Origin: an uncultured Chitinophagaceae bacterium | Lineage (GTDB): Bacteria; Bacteroidota; Ignavibacteria; UBA10030; UBA8401 | Assembly (NCBI GenBank): GCA_964409765.1 | Contig: CAYPEM010000003.1 | Coordinates: 80,645 to 144,644 of the forward strand | Reading direction: 5' to 3' | Length of the DNA: 64,000 nucleotides | Shown here: positions 36,773 to 46,516 of the stretch, in pieces | How the letters are laid out: every line of letters starts with the position of its first letter | How positions within the stretch are numbered: the first letter of the stretch is position 1 | Position numbers and translations under genes: made by a program | Notes under the pieces: model-generated | The model's database searches: none | Told to the model about the DNA's origin: nothing | The model's input: only the letters and a program-made list of their open reading frames with translations

Positions 36773-37846
36773 TTATTTCGATTTTTTTGGCTCTTTTGGC
36801 TGCGGTGATGGTTTTTCATCAGAGGTTTCAGGTTTAGACGGATTGAAAACAGCAACCCCTAATTTTACTCTCACTTCGTGGTCGATCTGTTTTGCAATGG
36901 ATTCACTTGCTGTCAAGAATGCTTTTACGGAATCTCTCCCTTGACCAATACGTTCCTCTTTGTATGAGAACCACGACCCACTTTTGTTGATAATATTTTG
37001 TTCAACGGCAACATCAATTAAATCGCCAAGTTTAGATATTCCTTCATTATAGAGAATATCAAATTGAACTTCTTTGAAGGGGGGAGCAACTTTGTTCTTT
37101 ACAACTTTCACTTTTGTTCTATTGCCGATGACATTTGTGCCGTCTTTTATTGCTTCGATACGACGTACATCCATTCTAATTGAAGCGTAAAATTTCAATG
37201 CATTTCCACCGGTGGTTGTTTCGGGATTTCCAAACATAATACCGATCTTCATACGTAATTGGTTTGTGAAGATCACTGTGGTTTTCGATTTTGAAATGGC
37301 AGAAGTAAGTTTGCGAAGTGCCTGAGACATTAATCGAGCATGAACACCCATTGTTGGATCACCCATTTCACCTTCAATTTCAGCACGGGGAGTAAGAGCT
37401 GCAACAGAATCGATCACGACAACATCAAGAGCGCCACTGCGTACGAGTGTTTCCACAATTTCAAGTGCCTGTTCGCCAAATTCCGGTTGAGAGAGAAGAA
37501 GAGAAGATGTATCGACTCCAAGTTTTCTTGCATATCCAGTGTCAAGCGCATGTTCTGCGTCGATAAATGCACAGATTCCGCCGGTCTTTTGTGCCTCAGC
37601 GATGATATGCAGACAGATGGTCGTCTTACCGGAAGATTCCGGTCCATAAATTTCTATTACTCTTCCACGAGGTACACCTCCAACACCTAATGCTGCATCT
37701 AGGGAAATTGAACCGGTTGAAATAGCATCAATTTTCATGATTGGTCCATCAGTCAATTTCATGATGGAACCTTTTCCGTGCTGCTTTTCAATTTGTTCAA
37801 TAGCGACTTTGAGCGCCTGAACTTTTGCATCTTTGTCTTCAGCCAT
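36773..37846 (-). CDS. recA: Recombinase RecA
   Basis: GKGSIMKL, Walker [19 protein letters not shown], and L2 region [28 protein letters not shown]. 357 aa with a Pro/Lys-rich tail. Confidence 0.98.
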   Translation of the reverse strand: MAEDKDAKVQALKVAIEQIEKQHGKGSIMKLTDGPIMKIDAISTGSISLDAALGVGGVPRGRVIEIYGPESSGKTTICLHIIAEAQKTGGICAFIDAEHALDTGYARKLGVDTSSLLLSQPEFGEQALEIVETLVRSGALDVVVIDSVAALTPRAEIEGEMGDPTMGVHARLMSQALRKLTSAISKSKTTVIFTNQLRMKIGIMFGNPETTTGGNALKFYASIRMDVRRIEAIKDGTNVIGNRTKVKVVKNKVAPPFKEVQFDILYNEGISKLGDLIDVAVEQNIINKSGSWFSYKEERIGQGRDSVKAFLTASESIAKQIDHEVRVKLGVAVFNPSKPETSDEKPSPQPKEPKKSK

Positions 37847-38139
37847 GGCATTTCCTTTATATAATATTATAAGTTGAGGTTTTTGAAAATTGATGGTGCA
37901 AAGTAATAGTTTAGATTTTATAATGCAAGAAAAAAGTGTATAAATTTACAGTAAAATTATCCTCCTGATTTTACATTGAAGATTGCAATAGTTTGCCTGT
38001 CTTTCTATCCTTTTACTTAAAAGAACGGAGAAATTAACTTAAGTAATGGGGTCTTTTGAAATTTAGTGATTAAGGTTGAAGAAGAAATAAAAACTATTTC
38101 ATTCTGGGACAGCAGAAAAAATCTTGAAGAAAAACGCTT

Positions 38140-39387
38140 TTAAATTTTCATCAACTTTTTTCTCAGTAATTCCAACGCCGTTTGTGATGCACGTTCTTTG
38201 AAACGCATTCTATTGTCACCAAAATTGAATTTCAGTGCAAATGTCGATTCGTGATCAGAGTACCCAATCCAACATAGCCCGACAGGTTTTTCAAGTGTGC
38301 CTCCGGTTGGTCCCGCGATCCCTGTTGCCGAAAGAGCGATATCAGTTTTTCCACTGAGACGAGCACCATTTGCCATAGCTTCGGCGACTTCTTTGCTGAC
38401 AGCTCCGAAATTATTTATTAATTTTTCGGGGACTCCAAGTTTTTCAATCTTTAATTCATTACTGTACACAATAAAGCCTCCAACAAAATATTCAGAACTA
38501 CCGGAGACATTTGTTATTCTGTGTGCAATCAATCCGCCAGTGCAGGATTCAGCAGTCGTGAGTGTCAATTTTTTTTTCTTCAATAATTCGCCAACTACGT
38601 CTTCCAAATCTTTTTCGTCATCCGAATAAATATATTTGCCAACTTTTGACCGGAGAAATTGCTCGGCATAATCTATCTTCGATTGAGCAGTTTCAACCGA
38701 TTTCTCTTTGACTGTGATCCGTAACTTTGTTCCCATCGGGTTAGGTAGAAAAGCCAGCGTTGTTGTTCCATCAGTTCCAATGACATCGATAACGTCGCCG
38801 ATTTCCTGTGCTAGCATTGACTCACCAATTCCGGTCGTCTTCAACGTTCTATGACGTACGACGGTGCCAATACTCTTCTTCTTGAGGAAAGGTATGATCC
38901 AACTTTCGACCATTCCTTTCATTTCATACGGAACTCCAGGCATGACAAAGAAAAATTTATTGTTCCGTTCAAACATCATTCCGGGTGCAGTTCCTATGAG
39001 ATTTGGAATTACTGTGGAATTTCGTGGCACTAATGCTTGATCTATATTCGATTGAATCATAGATATATTCCTTTTTTGTGCCAGCCCCTTTATATGCTCA
39101 AGTACTTCGTTGTCCATGATAAGATCAGTATTAAAAAATTCACACACTATTTTTTTTGTGATATCATCATGCGTTGGTCCAAGACCGCCAGTGACACAAA
39201 CAACATCAACGCGATTGAAGGCAGTTGTAAATGCATCCGTAATTGCTTTGGCATCATCTCCGACGGTCGTCATCCGTTCACAAAAGATACCAACATTGTT
39301 CAATTGTTCAGCGATGTATGCTTGATTGGTATTGATGATCTGTCCGATGAGTAGTTCATCACCGATCGTAATAATTTCTGCGGTCAT
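38140..39387 (-). CDS. cinA: Competence/damage-inducible protein CinA (MoCF-binding + PncC-type NMN amidohydrolase domains)
   Basis: Start set at ATG 39387 (MTAEIITIGDELLIGQIINTN, the classic CinA N-terminus). The longer ORF to 39477 would overlap pgpA. C-terminal CinA domain TAESCTGGLI. Confidence 0.9.
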   Translation of the reverse strand: MTAEIITIGDELLIGQIINTNQAYIAEQLNNVGIFCERMTTVGDDAKAITDAFTTAFNRVDVVCVTGGLGPTHDDITKKIVCEFFNTDLIMDNEVLEHIKGLAQKRNISMIQSNIDQALVPRNSTVIPNLIGTAPGMMFERNNKFFFVMPGVPYEMKGMVESWIIPFLKKKSIGTVVRHRTLKTTGIGESMLAQEIGDVIDVIGTDGTTTLAFLPNPMGTKLRITVKEKSVETAQSKIDYAEQFLRSKVGKYIYSDDEKDLEDVVGELLKKKKLTLTTAESCTGGLIAHRITNVSGSSEYFVGGFIVYSNELKIEKLGVPEKLINNFGAVSKEVAEAMANGARLSGKTDIALSATGIAGPTGGTLEKPVGLCWIGYSDHESTFALKFNFGDNRMRFKERASQTALELLRKKLMKI

Positions 39388-39392
39388 TGAAA

Positions 39393-39884
39393 TCAGAATA
39401 GTGCGATTCGAAAAGCAACTTGAAGGATAACATTCGTATATAATCCTGCTATGACATCGTCCAGCATGATGTTCCACCCGCCGCTCCGTTTATCAAATTC
39501 ACCAGCCGGATATGGTTTCAGGATATCAAGTATTCTAAAAATGATGAAGGCGAGTCCGATATTGAGGTACGTGACAGGAATAAACCACATACTTAGCCAC
39601 ATTCCAACAAATTCATCGACAGTAACAACACCCGGATCTTGTCCATACACTTTTTCCATTTTGTCAGCAGCGAACCCGCCGATAATAAAAAGAATTATAG
39701 TTGAAGGAATTATACTGTAGAAAGAAGAAAAATTTGGAATTAAAAAAAATAATAATGCAACTATAGATCCAACCGTTCCGGTTGCTGCAGGAGCATACCC
39801 TGTAAAAAAACCTGAACCAATGATTCGAGTTATGAAATCAAGTTTCGGTTTTTTAGTTTGCGATTCGTTCGGTGTCTGTTCCAT
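39393..39884 (-). CDS. pgpA: Phosphatidylglycerophosphatase A
   Basis: GSGFFTGYAPAATGTVGS...VVTVDEFVGMW...DILKPYP motifs of the PgpA family. 163 aa. Confidence 0.85.
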   Translation of the reverse strand: MEQTPNESQTKKPKLDFITRIIGSGFFTGYAPAATGTVGSIVALLFFLIPNFSSFYSIIPSTIILFIIGGFAADKMEKVYGQDPGVVTVDEFVGMWLSMWFIPVTYLNIGLAFIIFRILDILKPYPAGEFDKRSGGWNIMLDDVIAGLYTNVILQVAFRIALF

Positions 39885-40494
39885 TGGTTTCGTATGAAAA
39901 TAATTTTTTAAGAATAATTCGATTTGTCGAGATATACACTACACCTGTCCATACAGTGAGTATTGTCGCAACCATCATCAAAATATACATAATGATTGGG
40001 GTTGCGACGATATCAAAAATCCAGCCGAATTGTATGTTCAATCCATTGGATGTTCGGACTATATAATTTACTAAAAATAAATAAATTACTACTAGTTGCA
40101 CAAATGTTTTTGTCTTTGCAAATCCGCTGGTATTGATCGGCGTATTCTTGTATTCTGCATATGCTCGTAACAACGTCATCGAAAAATCACGAACAACAAT
40201 GAGTATAACCATCCACAATTCAGCATATCCGATCACCACAAAAGAAAAAAAGGCTGCTGAAGTTAATACTTTGTCTGCAAGGGGATCAAGAAATTTCCCC
40301 CATCGAGTGATAAATCCCCAACGACGGGCTACATATCCGTCATACCAATCTGTGATGGCAGCGAAAACAAAGATCGCCAATGCAATTTGTTTGTTCATCG
40401 GATCGTTCAAAAAAAGAAAATAAACAAATACCGGTGTCAGTAAAATACGAAAGAGCGTTAATTGATTTGGCGGAGAAATAGGGATTCGAAACAT
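39853..40494 (-). CDS. pgsA: CDP-diacylglycerol--glycerol-3-phosphate 3-phosphatidyltransferase
   Basis: NQLTLFRILLTP... and the CDP-alcohol phosphotransferase motif DWYDGYVARRWGFITRWGKFLDPLADK. Start probably ATG 40494; the ORF extends to 40533. Confidence 0.88.
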   Translation of the reverse strand: MFRIPISPPNQLTLFRILLTPVFVYFLFLNDPMNKQIALAIFVFAAITDWYDGYVARRWGFITRWGKFLDPLADKVLTSAAFFSFVVIGYAELWMVILIVVRDFSMTLLRAYAEYKNTPINTSGFAKTKTFVQLVVIYLFLVNYIVRTSNGLNIQFGWIFDIVATPIIMYILMMVATILTVWTGVVYISTNRIILKKLFSYETNGTDTERIAN

Positions 40495-40617
40495 AAGTGT
40501 GCACAAAATACTCCATTTTACGTCATCAATCAACAGTTTGTATCGATAAATTAACCAACGTGTAATGGTTTATTGGGATATTTTTATTATTTTACTATAT
40601 ATAAATCTAAAAGGGAA

Positions 40618-43600
40618 ATGATGAAAAATATATTTTTAGTTGTAGTCCTATGTTTTGTGTCGGGCATATCGTATTCACAATCATTAGATATTTCAGGATA
40701 TAAAATTGTGCAGGCAAATGCCGCATTGACCATTGCATTGCCGCCGGGGACAGTAGTTCAACCAGGCGGATATGTTATCATTGCACGAAATACAACACGA
40801 GCTTCATTTGAAACTTTCTTTGGTGTTACATTGAATGCCAATGTTGTATTTATCAATGGATTCGCAGTTGTTGGCAGTAATGGATTTCCATCAATCAACG
40901 GTTCGGAAACATACGAACTCCAAAACGCTTCATCTGTGAAATTAGAAGGACCAACAATTGGAATGCCAGCAGCAACTCCGTTCAACTCAATCAAAAGAAA
41001 AAGCCCAATTGGAGATGCCACTTTAGAAGCAAGCTGGACGAGAGATGTTGTTTCAGGAGCAACTCCTGGAACAGGGATGTCAAACACTAATACCGGTAAA
41101 CTTATTATCAGCGAATTCTCGGATGCTACAGCCTTTGCAAATGAGTTTGTTGAATTGTACTACGACGTAGAACCGCCACCAGCGGGACAGGGATTAGGAA
41201 TGATACTCCCGAATCGGTGGAAATTCAACCAGTCGACCGACCTGCAGATTATTTTAAAACCGCAAAGCGACACACTAAAAAGTTTCAAAATTGTTAAACC
41301 GCAATTGTTCAGTTGGAGTACGGGAAATATTTCTATTGTACCGGCAACAGCTTCTTTATCCCATTCCGGTGACACGACCTCGATCGGTAATATTTCATTA
41401 TCTGGCAACGATAGCATTGTTATTTCAATCTCTTCTGTTACCGGTGTAGATACTACCAATGAATTTTCAATACCGATTTTCTCCAGTGTTAATTCTAGTT
41501 CATTTCTTCCTTTACAGGCGTTTCCTAAAACATTGATGTATGGAACACCGAGGCCGATCAACATTGTAAAACGAAAAGAAGGAAATGGTTCACATTCAAT
41601 GTTAGGTAAGTGGGCAGTTGTTCGCGGCATCATAACAGTTGGTAACGAATTCGGTGGTCCAACGTATTTGCAAGATCCAACAGCAGGAATGGCATTATTT
41701 GATTCGTCGGTTACTAATAATGTCAATCGTGGAGACGATGTCGTTGTTCTAGGACTTGTTGCTCCATTTAATGATCTGTTCGAATTCGCACCTTCAGTTC
41801 TACTTGAAAAAACAGGGGAAGGAATCGGTGTTGATACTGTGACATTAACCATCGCTCAAATTCTTGCGCAAGGAACAGCTGAACCGGACGAAGGAAGACT
41901 TGTTCGTATCAACAACATCACAAGTGTTACAACTACCGGGGGACAACCTGCAACAAGCTGGGCTGCATCTGCAAGTGGTACTAATTATAATATCACAGAT
42001 GCTACCGGAACATTACAAGTTCGTATAGTAACTCGAACAAATATTGCAAATACACCGACACCAACAACAAAATTTGATATGATCGGAGTACTAGGACAGT
42101 TCACTTCAAATTATCAAATTATTCCTCGGATGGTTGATGATATCATAATAGAAGGAGCTGGTCCGAGAATAGTAACCACTGCGCCATATGAATCGAATAT
42201 CACTTCAACAAGTTTGAAGATATCGTGGGTTACAGATGCACCGGGAAATTCAATTATTAAATACGGACCAACCTCAAGTTATGGTCAGGAAATCATCGAC
42301 ACGAACTCTGTAATGCAACATTCAATTGTCTTAACAGGACTATTGCCTGCAACGGTATATCATTTCCAATTGGGATCAGCAAATAATGTTGGAACGACAT
42401 TTACATCGGATAATATTGCCATCACATCATCGCAAAATTCTAGCGGAACTATCAATGTGTATTTCAATCAATCGGTGAATTATTCAGTTGCAAAAATAGA
42501 AAGTGCAAAAGTCGCAGACCCCTCAATAATATTAATTAATCGAATCAATGCCGCTCAATTTTCCATTGATATGGCTGCATATAGTTTGAGCGGAACGATT
42601 GGAGCAAATATTGCGACCGCATTATTAAATGCTCGTAACCGAGGCGTTAAAATTCGTGTGATCGGGGAAAAAGATAATCAAGGAACGGCTCCTTGGACGA
42701 CATTAAAAAATGGCGGAGTCACTGTTATTGATGATGCTTATGATTTAGTGAATGCCGGTGCAGGTTTGATGCATAATAAATTTTACGTATTTGATAATCG
42801 TGATCAAACATCCGATACAGATGATTGGGTGTTAATGGGATCATGGAATGCGACAGATCCGGGTACAAATAATGATGCACAAAATATCGTGGTCATCCAG
42901 GATAAAGCACTTGCAACTGCCTACACAATTGAATTTGAAGAGATGTGGGGCTCGAATACTGATAGTCCTGTTCAATCTTCATCTCGTTTTGGTGCCAGAA
43001 AATTAGATAACACTCCGCATAAATTTATTATTGGCGGAACACCGATGGAATCATTTTTCAGTCCATCAGACAAAGTTTCCACACACATTAATGACGCATT
43101 AAAAACTGCACAAACATCGATTAATGTTGCAATACTGTCGTTTACGAGGGATGAACTGTCACAAACAATTGCCGCAAAAAAATCTGTTGGTAAAAAAACT
43201 CGAGTCATCATGGATAATAATACTGATAGCGGCAATGATTATACATATTTATTGACCAATGGTGTTGATGTACGCCTTCCGGGTGCAGCATTAACCGGGT
43301 TATTACATCATAAATATGCAATTGTTGATGTAGAAAATCCCGTTGCTCAGGATCAGATCACCGTAACAGGATCGCACAATTGGAGCAGTTCTGCAGAAAT
43401 TGCTAATAATGAAAACACACTGATTATTCACAGTAAACGAATTGCGAATCTATTCCTCCAAGAATTCAAAGCTCGGTATCTTGAAGCTGGTGGGACTGAT
43501 ACAATATTGGTAACAGTTCATCAAACAAGTGCACTGACCCCTAAAGAATATTCACTCTTGCAAAATTATCCTAATCCTTTTAATCCAACAACGAAAATCT

Positions 43601-43806
43601 CATTTTCGATAGAACAATCCGGAATGAGTTCGATTAAAATCTATGATCTTCTTGGACGAGAAATCGCTACACTACTTGATGAATATCTATCGGCAGGGAA
43701 TTATACAGTTGAGTGGAGGGGGACAAATCTTTCCAGCGGCGTGTATTTCTATCAAATGCATTCGGGTAATTTTGTTGCAACTAAAAAAATGATCTTACAG
43801 AAATAG
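40618..43806 (+). CDS. T9SS-secreted multidomain PLD-superfamily enzyme (LTD-like, OB-like, FN3, 2x HKD, CTD); putative extracellular nuclease or phosphodiesterase
   Basis: Start at ATG 40618 (MMKNIFLVVVLCFVSGISYSQ signal). LTD-like segments (LDISGYKIV..., LIISEFSDATAFANEFVELYY). Two OB-like barrels (GKWAVVRGIITV..., LVRINNIT...LQVRIV). FN3 (SLKISWVTDAPGNSIIKYGPT...YHFQLGS). HKD motifs HNKFYVFD...GSWNAT (from 42772) and HHKYAIVD...GSHNWS (from 43309). Por_Secre_tail at the C-terminus. Confidence 0.75.
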   Translation: MMKNIFLVVVLCFVSGISYSQSLDISGYKIVQANAALTIALPPGTVVQPGGYVIIARNTTRASFETFFGVTLNANVVFINGFAVVGSNGFPSINGSETYELQNASSVKLEGPTIGMPAATPFNSIKRKSPIGDATLEASWTRDVVSGATPGTGMSNTNTGKLIISEFSDATAFANEFVELYYDVEPPPAGQGLGMILPNRWKFNQSTDLQIILKPQSDTLKSFKIVKPQLFSWSTGNISIVPATASLSHSGDTTSIGNISLSGNDSIVISISSVTGVDTTNEFSIPIFSSVNSSSFLPLQAFPKTLMYGTPRPINIVKRKEGNGSHSMLGKWAVVRGIITVGNEFGGPTYLQDPTAGMALFDSSVTNNVNRGDDVVVLGLVAPFNDLFEFAPSVLLEKTGEGIGVDTVTLTIAQILAQGTAEPDEGRLVRINNITSVTTTGGQPATSWAASASGTNYNITDATGTLQVRIVTRTNIANTPTPTTKFDMIGVLGQFTSNYQIIPRMVDDIIIEGAGPRIVTTAPYESNITSTSLKISWVTDAPGNSIIKYGPTSSYGQEIIDTNSVMQHSIVLTGLLPATVYHFQLGSANNVGTTFTSDNIAITSSQNSSGTINVYFNQSVNYSVAKIESAKVADPSIILINRINAAQFSIDMAAYSLSGTIGANIATALLNARNRGVKIRVIGEKDNQGTAPWTTLKNGGVTVIDDAYDLVNAGAGLMHNKFYVFDNRDQTSDTDDWVLMGSWNATDPGTNNDAQNIVVIQDKALATAYTIEFEEMWGSNTDSPVQSSSRFGARKLDNTPHKFIIGGTPMESFFSPSDKVSTHINDALKTAQTSINVAILSFTRDELSQTIAAKKSVGKKTRVIMDNNTDSGNDYTYLLTNGVDVRLPGAALTGLLHHKYAIVDVENPVAQDQITVTGSHNWSSSAEIANNENTLIIHSKRIANLFLQEFKARYLEAGGTDTILVTVHQTSALTPKEYSLLQNYPNPFNPTTKISFSIEQSGMSSIKIYDLLGREIATLLDEYLSAGNYTVEWRGTNLSSGVYFYQMHSGNFVATKKMILQK
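43546..43803 (+). other. T9SS C-terminal sorting domain of the PLD-family protein
   Basis: LLQNYPNPFNPTTKISFSI...IKIYDLLGREIATLL...LSSGVYFYQM...KKMILQK. Confidence 0.8.
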
Positions 43807-43960
43807 AAGCTGTTTTATAAAAAAGGAGAGGGGAAAATTTTCTTAATTTTATCCCTCTCCATGATTTTACTTTTAGTAGTTATTTAAATTTTACTATCGT
43901 TCGCGTATTGCTTCTCCATTTCTCATTCGCTATTTTCCAAGCGACAAAATGTGATAATCG

Positions 43961-44497
43961 ATGCTTTCTCGTACTGAAATACGGCATATCTTTAACAACT
44001 CAAAGAATTTCAATGAATTGTTTGATGCATTCAATGCTGCTTTGAAACAAGGCATCGATGATGTTGAAATTTACAGAATTCTTTTTTGGAATGATTCATT
44101 AGGTCACGACGAACTGATTCTATTCGGTGAAAAACTCGCAAAAGAATATCGTCATATCGCTTATGATGTGTATATGTGGCTGGCTAATATCTTTGAAGTT
44201 CTGTACGGGAAAAAAGATAACTATGAACTTGCCTTAATCTATTTTCAAAAAGCTGCCGCAATTAAACCCGAAGAATCTGATCCTTATCTTGATGCATGCG
44301 ATTGTTATAATCCCGACCTTGATATTCCCCCTGCGAAAATGTTGATAGAATTTTTAAAGGTTGGTTTTGATTTTGTAAATAACAAAAAAAATCTTGCACT
44401 ACGGTTGGCTGTTTTATATCAAGCCATTGGTGAGAATGATCTTGCGGAATACTACCGAGTAAAAGCAGACGAATCTAGGGATAATCCCCTCACATGA
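43961..44497 (+). CDS. Hypothetical helical (TPR-like) protein
   Basis: 178 aa, all-helical by composition. One TPR-like segment (ELALIYFQKAAAIKPEESDPYLDACDCY). Its stop overlaps the next ATG (ATGA). Confidence 0.35.
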   Translation: MLSRTEIRHIFNNSKNFNELFDAFNAALKQGIDDVEIYRILFWNDSLGHDELILFGEKLAKEYRHIAYDVYMWLANIFEVLYGKKDNYELALIYFQKAAAIKPEESDPYLDACDCYNPDLDIPPAKMLIEFLKVGFDFVNNKKNLALRLAVLYQAIGENDLAEYYRVKADESRDNPLT

Positions 44498-45396
44498 AAC
44501 ACCTCAAAGGGTACCTTGCAATATCACTCGCAGCAGTGATGTGGGGTATTGCGGCAACGGTTGCAAAATCCTTCTTCAATAAAGAATACGAACCGCTCAT
44601 TCTCGTACAGATGCGAGTGACATTATCATTCGCAGTTCTTTTTCTCTATTTCCTTTCGACAAACAGATCATTGCTCAAATTTTCGATCAAAGATATTCCA
44701 CATTTTCTTGTTGTTGGAATTTTGGGAGTTGCCGGTTCAAACTATTTCTATTATGCTGCGATAAAAGAAACGAATGTCTCAACTTCAATTCTGGTGCAAT
44801 ATACTGCTCCCATCATGGTGATGATCTATACAGTTTTATTCCAAAGAGAAAAACTGACGAAAGGTAAATTATCTGCACTCATTCTCTCAATCAGCGGAAT
44901 TTTTCTTGCAATAGGGGCGTACAATCCTGAAATAATTCAAGGGAATGCCATCGGTATTATTTATGCGTTGATAGCCGCCGTTTCTTTTTCCATCTTTAAC
45001 ATCAGCGGAAAATCACTAACGGAAAAATATTCAATCTGGACTGGATTGATCTATTTATTGGGAGCTGCCACGTTGTTCTGGAGTTTTATCAATACTCCAA
45101 TGGAAATCCTAGAAGCAGATTATTCGTTTGAAGATTGGAAAGTATTTGGAATCATTGCACTGATCTCAATACTCATTCCATATTCATTGTACTATTATGG
45201 ACTTCACCATATCCAGTCCAGCAAAGCGATTATCATCAGTACGCTCGAACCTATTGTTGCTATAATATCCGAATGGCTGTTTCTTAATGGCAGTATGGGA
45301 TTGATCCAAGTGATCGGTGCACTGCTTGTAATTAGTGCCATTGTTTTGCTGCAGCGCGATTCAAAAAATAATGAACCAATATTGGTGCAGGAATGA
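44494..45396 (+). CDS. EamA/DMT-family transporter
   Basis: 10-TM protein with two EamA-like halves (WGIAATVAK... and ...ISILIPYSLYYYGLHHIQSSKAIIISTLEPI). Confidence 0.8.
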   Translation: MKHLKGYLAISLAAVMWGIAATVAKSFFNKEYEPLILVQMRVTLSFAVLFLYFLSTNRSLLKFSIKDIPHFLVVGILGVAGSNYFYYAAIKETNVSTSILVQYTAPIMVMIYTVLFQREKLTKGKLSALILSISGIFLAIGAYNPEIIQGNAIGIIYALIAAVSFSIFNISGKSLTEKYSIWTGLIYLLGAATLFWSFINTPMEILEADYSFEDWKVFGIIALISILIPYSLYYYGLHHIQSSKAIIISTLEPIVAIISEWLFLNGSMGLIQVIGALLVISAIVLLQRDSKNNEPILVQE

Positions 45397-45974
45397 GACT
45401 TGAACGGAGAAAAAATAAAATATTTAAGGTATTGGAACAACGTCAGCCTGATCTGACAGTTGTGATGGAAAATATTCATGATCCTCACAATGTCAGTGCA
45501 ATGCTTCGTTCTTCAGATGCAGTTGGTATCCATCAAGTAAATCTAGTATACACATCTACAAAATATCCGAAAATAGGGAGTAAAAGTTCATCGAGCGCCA
45601 ACAAATGGATCGAGAGAAGAAAATTCCATTCGATACCAGAATGTTATAATCAATTGAAGAAAGAAGGATTTCAAATCCTAGCCACACGGTTGGATGAACA
45701 TGCAAAAGTGTTATATGAATATGATCTAACTCGACCAACCGCATTTGTTTTTGGGAATGAGCATGGAGGAGTAACCGATGAAGCAGCGAATCTTGCCGAT
45801 GGAACGGTCTATATTCCAATGATGGGAATGATCCAAAGTTTGAATGTTTCGGTCGCGTGTGCTGTTACGATCTATGAAGCATTGAGACAACGGATCGGAA
45901 AAGGATATTATTCCCGTCCCGGATTCGAACAACAACTATTGGAAAAATTGAAAGAAGAGTGGTTAAAAAAATAG
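45393..45974 (+). CDS. trmH: tRNA (guanosine(18)-2'-O)-methyltransferase (SpoU/TrmH family)
   Basis: LEQRQPDLTVVMENIHDPHNVSAMLRSSDAVGI closely parallels the E. coli TrmH N-terminus. SPOUT knot motifs FGNEHGGV and IPMMGMIQSLNVSVA. Confidence 0.85.
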   Translation: MRLERRKNKIFKVLEQRQPDLTVVMENIHDPHNVSAMLRSSDAVGIHQVNLVYTSTKYPKIGSKSSSSANKWIERRKFHSIPECYNQLKKEGFQILATRLDEHAKVLYEYDLTRPTAFVFGNEHGGVTDEAANLADGTVYIPMMGMIQSLNVSVACAVTIYEALRQRIGKGYYSRPGFEQQLLEKLKEEWLKK

Positions 45975-45976
45975 AG

Positions 45977-46480
45977 CTATATTTTTGCAAACAAATGAGT
46001 TTGTACAATCACTGCTAAAAAGATCAGCAACGGCCAACCAACAATTATCCACATCCATCCAATTGATATTGCAATAGTTATTAACGGGAGCGAAATCAAA
46101 AAGGAGAGAACGTCAAATTTCTTAACAACTGAGATTGTATTGATCGTAAGGAATATCGTCACAGCGATAATGAATCCGGGAACAGAGATCGGTAATTGTA
46201 ATCCAAGAATTAGTATATAGACTATCACAATTAATAATAGAGAAAGTCGGCTGTTTTTTAATCCATCTTGAAAGATGGATTTGTAATTTCTCCAGTACGG
46301 CATCCCTTTCTCACCGACTTTCGCTCGCATCACGAGTTCAGAAAGAAATCCATTGATCATAATGATGCCAATCCCTATCGGTATCAAAACAAAATAAAAC
46401 CCTCCAATAAGAATCTTATTGAACCACTCGTTATCTGAGAATATTACTGAAAAAGCTTTTGAAATATTTTTTATCATCAA
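45977..46480 (-). CDS. Small polytopic membrane protein (DUF4013-like), function unknown
   Basis: 167 aa, 4 hydrophobic segments. The N-terminal FSDNEWFNKILIGG resembles, from memory, the DUF4013 family. Confidence 0.4.
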   Translation of the reverse strand: MMIKNISKAFSVIFSDNEWFNKILIGGFYFVLIPIGIGIIMINGFLSELVMRAKVGEKGMPYWRNYKSIFQDGLKNSRLSLLLIVIVYILILGLQLPISVPGFIIAVTIFLTINTISVVKKFDVLSFLISLPLITIAISIGWMWIIVGWPLLIFLAVIVQTHLFAKI

Positions 46481-46516
46481 CTATGAATTGGTTTATTCTA
46501 TAGAAATTTCAAATAA

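Noticed and set aside
39388-39477. N-terminal 30-codon extension of cinA (MEHHAGRCHSRIIYECY...)
   Set aside because: It overlaps the 3' end of pgpA, is Cys/His-rich and unlike any CinA. ATG 39387 yields the canonical MTAEIITIGDELLIG start.
41160-41852. 230-aa minus-strand ORF inside the PLD-family gene
   Set aside because: Antisense to a 1062-aa CDS with clear domain structure. The protein is Ser/Thr/Pro/Asn-rich with no motifs. Shadow ORF.
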